A stretch of DNA of 20,000 nucleotides from Piedraia hortae CBS 480.64 (lineage: Eukaryota), in the NCBI GenBank assembly GCA_010093745.1, contig MU005978.1, positions 240,315 to 260,314 of the forward strand. Direction: 5' to 3'. Below the pieces are notes generated by a model, which was not told the origin of the DNA, ran no database searches, and was given only the letters and a program-made list of their open reading frames with translations. Shown here in pieces: positions 1 to 8,002 of this stretch. Numbering within the stretch: position 1 is the stretch's first letter; every line of letters starts with the position of its first letter. A program made the position numbers and the translations under genes.

Positions 1-1
1 C

Positions 2-280
2 TTCCGCAAGTATCAGTACTGGTCTACGGCGACATTGAGACTGGAACTGAAGCAGCCCGAGGCGTGGATAAAGGAAACGCTCGAGGAGATTGCTACTTTT
101 GTGCGTACAGGAGATTTTGCCTCGACGTGGAAACTAAAGCCCGAATATGCGAATGTCCTGCATAACCATGAGGCGCTGGAAGCCGTGGCAAAGGTGGAAA
201 GTGGGGGAGAGTTAATGACGAGAGACGAAGACGAAGATGAAGGGGAGGACGAGTTCGAGGATGTCGGAACAAACCCTTAG
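2..280 (+). CDS. TFG2: Transcription initiation factor IIF beta subunit (Tfg2/RAP30), C-terminal winged-helix part; 5'-truncated by the window edge
   Basis: Frame is open from base 2: FRKYQYWSTATLRLELKQPEAWIKETLEEIATFVRTGDFASTWKLKPEY. This matches the Tfg2 C-terminal pattern F..Y.YWS...L.....QPEA.LKE.L..IA.....G......LKPEY and is followed by an acidic tail and TAG at 278-280. Confidence 0.88.
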   Translation, partial: FRKYQYWSTATLRLELKQPEAWIKETLEEIATFVRTGDFASTWKLKPEYANVLHNHEALEAVAKVESGGELMTRDEDEDEGEDEFEDVGTNP

Positions 281-366
281 CCTGGCTACCCAAGGTACGT
301 GTAGCTCGACATAACGAGACTGAATGAATAGAATGAGACTGCAATGCTGTATCAGTAACAGATAAT

Positions 367-2106
367 CTACTCATCCCCCTCGGGAATAGTCGACTCCATG
401 CCGTCCTCCTCAAACGTGTCCCGCGGCACCTGGTAGAAGCGAATGGTTGGCCTGTTAGGGTCCTTGACCAGCACATATTTGCCGTCTTCTGCCTTCATCA
501 CCATGTCGACAAACGTCCGCACGATCGCCCAACCGTTGTTAAGGTTCAGGTTCATCTGCGCGGCGAATTCACGCGGCTTATAGCCTAGGACACCAAGGAC
601 TACATGTTCCGCCGTGCTCTTTGGATTCGCGCGCGAGACAAAGCCGAGCTTCATGAGGTCGGCGCGCGCCAAGATGGCCTGCGTTGTCCATCTTGCCAGT
701 TTGCAGCTGTTGTTCTTCATCTCCGTCGCAACAACGGCGCCGCGCTGCGATGCCAGCTTACTACGCCACTCCAACGCGCCGCCTGAGCCCTGGGCTTTGT
801 TGTCAAACTCGTTCAGTGCTTTGATGACGAGCATCTGGTCGTCTCCATTGATGGCATTCTTGCCCACAGCATCCAGCTCGGTACGCACAATGAGGTGCAG
901 CGGCTCAGCGTCGGCCTCGAGCGAGAGATCGAAGCGGCGGTACTTGTACGCCTTGGACGCCGGCGGATCCGTCTCAACAGAGGCATTGTAGAAGGGATGG
1001 TCGTTGCTCATATCATGTCGCCCGGCCTCGGACTCGTTGACAACCTGCAGCGGAAAGACATTGTTGATATGTGTCGCTTCTTCCTTGAGCGCAGCAGGGC
1101 TATTGATTTGGTCCTTGTTGCCCTCAGACATCTCTAGCGGCGCATCGGCTGCGTTCTCGTTAACGGTGACCATGTCCAGCGACGAGCCCTCGCGCTTGTC
1201 AATGAAGACATGGCCGCCCTGCTTGACCATGACAATGTCCCAGCTGTACACTGACCGCGGCGCGCACATGAGCATTGATAGGATGTTGTCTGTCGCAAAC
1301 ACCGTCGCCTCGTCGCGCTCCGCCAGCTCCTGAATCACGGGGTCTGAAGACGTCGTTACGTTGTATGCCGCCCGGTCCAAGACCTGTAACTTTCGCATGC
1401 TGGCCGGCGCCCCCGGTTGCTTATCGTAGACGCGATCATACTGGTACAGGAATCCATAGTCGTCCAAGTCCTCGCCGTCTCCCGTGTCGAGGTTCAGCTT
1501 CGACAGCCGACTAAAGTCAATCTCCTCCATCAGTCGCCAGCTGTCCTTGGGCTGCACTGACGCCTCGCGGTTCCGTTGGGGCTTGTCGTAGTCTTTCCAC
1601 CCGAACCGTCGTCCACCGCGTCCGCCTCGCCCACGTCCTGAGTCGTAACTCTGCTGCCCGCCACGACCGCCGACTCGCTGGAACGTTCCACGGCCGCCTC
1701 GCTGCTGAACCGCCCCACGCTGTCCTCTACCACGGAAGACGGCATTTCCACGGCTGCTAAAACCCCGTCCGCGAGCCCAAGTCTGCGACCGGTCTACCAG
1801 GGAGAACGAGCTTTCTTCATTTTGCTGCTCAAGGCTGAAAACCGTCTGGAGACCACCGGGTCCTGCAGCACCGTAGATATGGTCCCGATACCGCCTGTCA
1901 TGGGCCTGGCGTCCGCCACGCTCACGGTCTTTGCCCTCAGTTGTCCAGTCAGCAATGCGGCTTAGCTTGTCGCCCTTGGAGAACGGGGCATATGGGACAC
2001 CATTTAGCGTTGTTTCCGTCGTAGTCACAGGCCCCCAGGTAGACTCCGTGGATATCTCCTCAATTGCCTTCCTCAGCTCCTCGAAGGACATGATGGCGGC
2101 AGTCAT
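367..2106 (-). CDS. EIF3D: Eukaryotic translation initiation factor 3 subunit D (eIF3d / Moe1), 579 aa, apparently intronless
   Basis: Signature motifs WGP...[17 protein letters not shown], an RGG-rich linker, [53 protein letters not shown], and [10 protein letters not shown]. Confidence 0.97.
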   Translation of the reverse strand: MTAAIMSFEELRKAIEEISTESTWGPVTTTETTLNGVPYAPFSKGDKLSRIADWTTEGKDRERGGRQAHDRRYRDHIYGAAGPGGLQTVFSLEQQNEESSFSLVDRSQTWARGRGFSSRGNAVFRGRGQRGAVQQRGGRGTFQRVGGRGGQQSYDSGRGRGGRGGRRFGWKDYDKPQRNREASVQPKDSWRLMEEIDFSRLSKLNLDTGDGEDLDDYGFLYQYDRVYDKQPGAPASMRKLQVLDRAAYNVTTSSDPVIQELAERDEATVFATDNILSMLMCAPRSVYSWDIVMVKQGGHVFIDKREGSSLDMVTVNENAADAPLEMSEGNKDQINSPAALKEEATHINNVFPLQVVNESEAGRHDMSNDHPFYNASVETDPPASKAYKYRRFDLSLEADAEPLHLIVRTELDAVGKNAINGDDQMLVIKALNEFDNKAQGSGGALEWRSKLASQRGAVVATEMKNNSCKLARWTTQAILARADLMKLGFVSRANPKSTAEHVVLGVLGYKPREFAAQMNLNLNNGWAIVRTFVDMVMKAEDGKYVLVKDPNRPTIRFYQVPRDTFEEDGMESTIPEGDE

Positions 2107-2163
2107 TGAAATTCAAAAAGATTTCATGGTGGGAGTGGGGCTGGCCGGACCGTCCCGCAAGCG

Positions 2164-2196
2164 TCACATCACATCACATCACATCACATCACATCA
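2164..2196. repeat. Pentanucleotide microsatellite (TCACA)6.6
   Basis: 33 bp perfect tandem array about 60 bp upstream of the eIF3d ATG. Confidence 0.95.
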
Positions 2197-2486
2197 TGTG
2201 CGGCAAAGGATGAGGCTCGTTAAAAGGGCTGTTGTGCCGAATGTTCTCGTCCGAGTCCGCGTGTAACGCTGAGCTTGTGAGAACCCTCAGATCTGTCACG
2301 TGTGACGCCTTTAACACCATCCTATTTGCCTTCAAAACAGACTCTAAGGATCAATAATTGCTTTGTTTCCCGCTGTGAATGACTGCCACACGCCCATGTT
2401 CTTGAACCAACTTCCAAACACGGCAATGGGTGTGAAGAGTTTGTCCCAAAAGGTTAGGCGTGCTCCAACAGTGGGAAGACTGACAC

Positions 2487-3752
2487 ATGGTTATCCATCT
2501 CCGCATCCACGCGGCTGCGCCGTCAGGCCGAGATGACGACGCCAAGTATCGTGCTCAGGCGATAGCTTACACCAAATTTAAGAGACAGGTTCCGCGTGAA
2601 AGACAGACTCCTGAGCGTCGCCATACTTGTGATGCAGTTTTCAAAAGATGCGTCCGAAGAGACAGTAATTCTTCACTTGAACAAAGTTCTAAGCCAATAG
2701 ATAATTTGAGAATCATGACACTGTCCATTAGACCGAGTATATCCGACTATGTTCCTGCAAGAGGTAGTCAAGGGAGCGTTCAGTCTAATCAGGACACTTG
2801 GGTCTCATACTTGGAAACGCCAGACTTCAAACGTCGGACCAAACGACCAAACAACGAAGGTCCAGAAAGCCCGCTTCAGAGCCGACCGAAAAAGCGGTTT
2901 CGTGCTGAGTTCAACCCCGACCCACCCGTTCCTCCCGAGCAACGACCTCCCCAAGCCGCAAGTAATGGAAGTTCTCAATTGCCATCCACATATTCACTCA
3001 GCATTTCGCCTATGGATAGCTCAGCAGATCAGTCAACCCCATCACTCAATAGGACCCCCACGAAAGCTCCTAAGCTGCAGCCTGCCAACAGGACAGAGCC
3101 AAAGGCCAGCATACAGCCCGATAAAGGTTCAGAATTGGGGCCACTTGGGTCACCACAGTCGACTAATTCTTTGGACTTTGTCAGAAGAATAAGACCCGCC
3201 AAGACTTTCCAGGCTCAGGATGCAGAGAAGTCAGTGGAAGCTCAAAAAGCCAAGAAAGCTGCTGAAACAGTGGAGAATGCTGAGAAGTATCAAGATCTCT
3301 CTGAGCTCCCTATCGACATCCGGCCGCCTGAGCCTAATTCGACTGCCACAAAATTCATAACCCACGTCACAAGTAGTCTGGATCTGCTGGTGAGGAACGA
3401 GCAACTTTCCGATATATATAAGCCCGTCAATGTCGCACGACGTCCTCGTTTACTGGAACGGGGCCACTGGCTCATGGTCTCGGATGGATGGCCACCAAAG
3501 CTGCAGTGTCAATTCTGGCTGTTTTTGGTCAATTTTGTCGGGCAAGGCAAGGCTGGTTGGGGGGTCTGGTGCAGACGAGAGACCCAGTCTTCATCTGACT
3601 TGGGCACAGTCAAAGTCTACTGTTGGGGCGAACTAGTGCGGCACATATACCTCTTGCTGTATGTCGCGAGCAACAGCAAAGTTAAAAAATTGGGGCTGAA
3701 GTGGGTCGATGCCGAAGGCAAGGTTGTTGTAGAGATGCAATCTGCTTCGTGA
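2487..3752 (+). CDS. Uncharacterised protein, 421 aa (start uncertain): low-complexity S/P-rich N-terminal two thirds with an NLS-like PKKRFR, and a globular Trp-rich C-terminal domain
   Basis: Long ORF. The C-terminal ~120 aa (ERGHW...FW.FL..FVGQGKAGWGVWC...VKVYCWGE...HIYLLLYVAS...LKWVDAEGKVVVEM) look folded and resemble fungal hypothetical proteins I recall. No function recognised. Confidence 0.75.
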   Translation: MVIHLRIHAAAPSGRDDDAKYRAQAIAYTKFKRQVPRERQTPERRHTCDAVFKRCVRRDSNSSLEQSSKPIDNLRIMTLSIRPSISDYVPARGSQGSVQSNQDTWVSYLETPDFKRRTKRPNNEGPESPLQSRPKKRFRAEFNPDPPVPPEQRPPQAASNGSSQLPSTYSLSISPMDSSADQSTPSLNRTPTKAPKLQPANRTEPKASIQPDKGSELGPLGSPQSTNSLDFVRRIRPAKTFQAQDAEKSVEAQKAKKAAETVENAEKYQDLSELPIDIRPPEPNSTATKFITHVTSSLDLLVRNEQLSDIYKPVNVARRPRLLERGHWLMVSDGWPPKLQCQFWLFLVNFVGQGKAGWGVWCRRETQSSSDLGTVKVYCWGELVRHIYLLLYVASNSKVKKLGLKWVDAEGKVVVEMQSAS

Positions 3753-3836
3753 CCCGTTCAATCCGATCCCATAGTACCGTGACAGCTGTCACTGCCCCAC
3801 AAGTAGCGGATCCACACACAACGTTTTCAATCTGCA

Positions 3837-4766
3837 ATGCATTTATCTAGGGAGCTTTGCGTCCAGGGGATACCGGGCGCCGGGCGCGGTGCAGTCGCAA
3901 CGCAGGACATTGCCGAGTCCACGGAGATTTTGTGCAGCAGCCAACCAGTAGCTTACGTGGTATTCAAAAATTACAAAAAAGAAGTCTGCGCCCAGTGTTT
4001 TTCTTATGACAACGGTCGCACTCTACCTGTGCGAGACGTGTTGCATGGAAAGGTGTTCTGCTCGTCTCAGTGCGAGCGCTTGTGGAATGATGAGCAAGGC
4101 CCACTCGGACGCGAGGCATGGGCAAAGCTGCAAAAATTTGCATTACCTTACATACAAAGCAACGACGCTGTAAGTTTCCCAGGACCGAGCGAAATCAACC
4201 AAAAATGGTCCGAAGCCGAGTCGAAGTCTCAAGGTAGACTCGCTGACCCGGATATAATGGCCTTTTTTCTATCAGCTGTTTTGTGCCATCGCAACCATCC
4301 AAGCGAATGGCAGCAGATCCTAGACCTCGCCCAGGATGATCAGCCTTATTCCAGCCACCACGACCTCCAAGTCCACTGTGATAGCTTCGCCCAGTTATCC
4401 GGTCTAATTCCATCAGAGCTCCGACAAAGTTGCATGGCAACCCTGTGTCAAATAGCGACGAAGGCGGCAAGCCACAATGCCTTTGGCATCCGTGTGGGAG
4501 GCCATGGTGAGGAATACGCCGGCTGGGGTGTATATCCCCTGGCTAGCTATTTTAATCATTCGTGCAGACCTAACGTGAGCAAGCAACGTGTGGGACGGGG
4601 GTGGGTTTTCACAGCGGCGAGGCCAATTGCGGCTGGTGAAGAGTGCTGTATTAGCTATATCGGCGGGGAAGAGGAGGAGTTGGATACGAGGGCGAGGAGG
4701 GCAAAGTTGAAGCAATCTTGGGCCTTCGAGTGTGCTTGTGAAAGGTGTACCTTTGGACCTGGTTAA
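3837..4766 (+). CDS. SET-domain lysine methyltransferase with an inserted MYND-like zinc finger (SMYD/Set6-like), 309 aa
   Basis: SET-N GAGRGAVATQDI; Cys pairs CAQC...CSSQC; NAFGI; YPLASYFNHSCRPN; GEECCISY; post-SET FECACERC. Confidence 0.92.
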   Translation: MHLSRELCVQGIPGAGRGAVATQDIAESTEILCSSQPVAYVVFKNYKKEVCAQCFSYDNGRTLPVRDVLHGKVFCSSQCERLWNDEQGPLGREAWAKLQKFALPYIQSNDAVSFPGPSEINQKWSEAESKSQGRLADPDIMAFFLSAVLCHRNHPSEWQQILDLAQDDQPYSSHHDLQVHCDSFAQLSGLIPSELRQSCMATLCQIATKAASHNAFGIRVGGHGEEYAGWGVYPLASYFNHSCRPNVSKQRVGRGWVFTAARPIAAGEECCISYIGGEEEELDTRARRAKLKQSWAFECACERCTFGPG

Positions 4767-5674
4767 AACGATTTCTTGAAATCTTGTGTTGGGTAGATCA
4801 AGATAAGGGGGTAACGCTCGAGTATGTTATTGGATTGTCGTGGTGCCTAGATCGTATGTACACCGCGTGTGGTGCCTGGTGCCGAATAATCACTACGCTG
4901 ACACATTTCAGCATAGTTCATGTCGTAAAAGGTCGCTAATCAATGCATGGGTGTTACCGAAGACTTGGCAAAGCCCCCCACCTTGGCAATTGCGATTCGC
5001 TGTTCCACCCCAGGACTCATCGCCCGCCTGACACACCGTTTTCTTTAGAGGCTTAAAATGGCTAAATGTTGCGGGGGAGGCTGGTCCCAACGTGGTTTGT
5101 TTTTTGGGCCTGGAACTTCAACCGTTCCTGGTCATCGGGCAGGTCACTTTCAGATCATGTGGAGATACAAGGTGAAGGAAGATGTGGATGACACACAGCT
5201 CAGACAGTACATATGTACTTGGCGACAACGACCAGCATCGTGACCCTACTGCATGCATGCACGCGTGCGAATACCTACTGATCACCCCACGGAACCATAT
5301 TGGCCTGCAAAGCGGCTAAAGAGGCAATTAAAGCAACGCCTTGACGTAAAGTTTAAACCACGTCTAGAAGGAAATACGCATTCTACAGCTAGCTACACCG
5401 CTTTAGATCAAGAGAACTTTGGTTAAGATCTAGATTCCAGGCAGTGGAGTGATTCGGACGGGGAATGGTCATTGCTGATCCCAGTGAATGACGGACGTAC
5501 GTGCACCCGTTGGATAGTAATTCCCCGCCCCTTCAAAGAGCGGCCGGAGAAGCGCCGTTCGGGACGACCAATGATGCCGGGCTGCAGCCGAAAGATGATG
5601 AGGGTAGGGCCCTTTGCTTTGCCCCGGCCCGTGACGGCGATCGATGAGACTTTCCTGCGGGGCCGGGGACTGCA

Positions 5675-5680
5675 TATAAG
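5675..5680 (+). promoter_or_regulatory. Candidate TATA element of the sugar transporter gene
   Basis: TATAAG within CATATAAG, about 40 bp upstream of ATG 5716 in an otherwise GC-rich promoter. Confidence 0.4.
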
Positions 5681-5715
5681 CACTGGACCCAGACCCGTGG
5701 GGCCTGTCAAAAGCT

Positions 5716-7628
5716 ATGGAAAAGGAGCAGCAGACGCTGACAGACAATGTGCCAGCCACTGACAAGTACCAAACCTCGTCGTACGCCGACCGTCGACGCT
5801 TGTCTGCCGCTGAAGTGCAGGAAGCGGTACGCTCGGGTTCCGTGCCCAGCATCGCCAACAGGCAAGAAGCATTCGCCATCGCAAATGAGGGCGGGTGGGA
5901 GACCGATGCCCTGATCGCTTCACTGGATCAACAACTCGAACATGATCCGCCCAAAAAATCTATCTTCCAGCTTAGCTTCAAAAACCCAAAGTACTTTACA
6001 TGGCTCATTGTCGCCTTTGCCTCCATGGGCGGCCTGCTCTCCGGTCTTGACCAGTCCCTCATCTCCGGCGCCAACCTCTTTTTGCCTGAGGATCTTGGTC
6101 TGACTCCACAGCAGAACAGCTTGGTCAACTCAAGCATGCCTCTGGGCGCTGTGCTTGGCGCGTTGCTACTCTCACCTTGTAACGAATACCTTGGCCGTCG
6201 TCAATCGATTCTCATCTCCTGCTACCTCTATACAATCGGAGCCGCCCTCTGCGCAGGCAGCCAGAGCTTCGGCATGATCATCGCAGCGCGTGTCATCCTC
6301 GGTGCCGGCGTGGGACTCGAAGGTGGCACAGTACCTGTTTACGTCGCTGAGACCGTCGACCGCCGCATTCGCGGCAACCTTGTATCCCTCTACCAGCTCA
6401 ACATCGCCCTGGGCGAGGTTCTCGGATACGCCGTGGCAGCCATGTTCATATCCGTCAAGGGTAACTGGCGATATATTCTCGGCTCATCCCTCGTCTTCAG
6501 CACCGTCATGCTTATAGGCATGCTTTTCATGCCAGAGTCGCCACGTTGGTACCTGCACAAGGGCCGTCTTTTGGACGCATACAAGGTCTGGAGGCGCATT
6601 CGATCAATGGAAAACCCCGAGTCTCGGCGGGAGTTCTTCGTCATGAAGGTCTCTGCAGAGGAAGAAGAAGCAGAGGTCGCGGCTGGAGCAGGCAGTCGCA
6701 AAGCACCATGGTTGGATTTTGCTACCAAACCTCGTGCCCGTCGCGCTATCACCTATGCAAACATCATGATCTTTCTCGGTCAATTCACTGGTATCAACGC
6801 CGTCATGTAAGCCACCCCCAATCCCACCCCCAATCCCCCCTAACAAAATCAGGTACTACATGAGCGTACTCATGTCCCAAATGGACTTCGACAAGTTCCA
6901 GTCAAACTACATGTCCCTTGTAGGAGGCGGTTCTCTCCTTATCGGCACAATCCCAGCCGTACGTCCCCCCCCATTCCCCCCTCCAACCCCACCCTAACAC
7001 CCCCCAGATCTTCCTAATGGAAACCTGCGGCCGCCGCTTCTGGGCGATAACCATGCTCCCCGGCTTCTTCGTTGGCCTCCTACTCATCGGCATCTCCTAC
7101 CACGTCGTAGGCCAACAAGCGAAACTCGGCCTCTACCTAACGGGTCTAATCCTCTACATGTCCTTCTTCGGCTCCTACGCGTGCCTAACCTGGGTCATCC
7201 CCTCCGAAGTCTACCCGACCTACCTCCGTTCCTACGGAATGACAACCTCATCCGGCTGGTTATTCCTCTCTTCATTCATCGTAACCTACAACTTTACCCG
7301 AATGCAAAACGCAATGACCCCCTCGGGGTTGATGTTGGGATTCTACGGCGGGATTGCGGTACTTGGATGGTTCTATCAGATCCTCTTCATGCCGGAGACA
7401 AAGGATAAGTCGCTCGAGGAGATTGATCTTATTCTGCAGCAGCCGACGAGGAAGATTGTGCAGCAGAATTTGAGAGGTGCGGTCGAGACGTTGAAGGATT
7501 TGATGGCGTTTAGGTTCAAGAAGGTCTTTGTGGATGCGCATAGGAAGCCACAGGGTTTTACGGGCGGGGCGGGCGAGACGGATAGTGGGAAGGGGAGTGG
7601 GAGTATGAATGAGAAGAGCCCTGCTTGA
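5716..7628 (+). CDS. FSY1: MFS sugar porter, probable fructose/H+ symporter (Fsy1/Frt1 family); exons 5716-6806, 6853-6958, 7008-7628; 605 aa
   Basis: Intron 6807-6852 (GTAAGC..CTAAC..CAG, 46 nt) and intron 6959-7007 (GTACGT..CTAAC..CAG, 49 nt) join the two ORFs in frame: QFTGINAVM-YYMSVLMSQ...SLVGGGSLLIGTIPA-IFLMETCGRR. Sugar porter motifs GRR, PESPRW, PETK. GGLLSGLDQSLISGA and GNLVSLYQ.NIALGEVLGY are recalled as typical of Fsy1/Frt1. Confidence 0.88.
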
Positions 7629-8002
7629 GCGTGAGGGTTTTCAGTTTGCTTTGGTATATACCCGCTTGACTTTTTTGGTTTCTTCAAATTCGTAAGGTGT
7701 TATTGGAATGTGGATGGGATGAATAATTTGTCAAAGACGGACGTGAACGAAGGAATTTGCTTGTCCGTGTCTCTTCAGCATACAAACCACCCCGACCGTT
7801 ATCCTCTGCTCATAAAGAGGGACCCCACCGAAATGTCAAAAAGGCAAATCGCTTAGTCCACCCCGCTAATACCATCAACTCCTATCCCCAAGCGGCCATG
7901 CTATTACAATGCGCGCCTGTCCTATATGTACGCTCATGCACCGCTCTAATTTTTTTTTTCAGGCCAGCGTTTAGTCATTACCATTCCGGCCGCTACCTCG
8001 GG

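Noticed and set aside
604..2266. Several + strand ORFs over the eIF3d gene
   Set aside because: Antisense shadows of a conserved GC-rich gene, with no recognisable motifs.
5403..5412. TTAGATCAAG resembling part of U2 snRNA
   Set aside because: Only 10 nt match, and the adjacent branch-pairing GTGTAGTA sequence is absent.
5058..5879. Short ORFs on both strands upstream of and overlapping the sugar transporter start
   Set aside because: Mostly non-ATG starts with Arg/Pro-rich random-like composition; the region is better explained as promoter.
7950..7959. T10 run between convergent genes
   Set aside because: Ordinary homopolymer in a 3' UTR region; no associated retroelement or Pol III gene seen.
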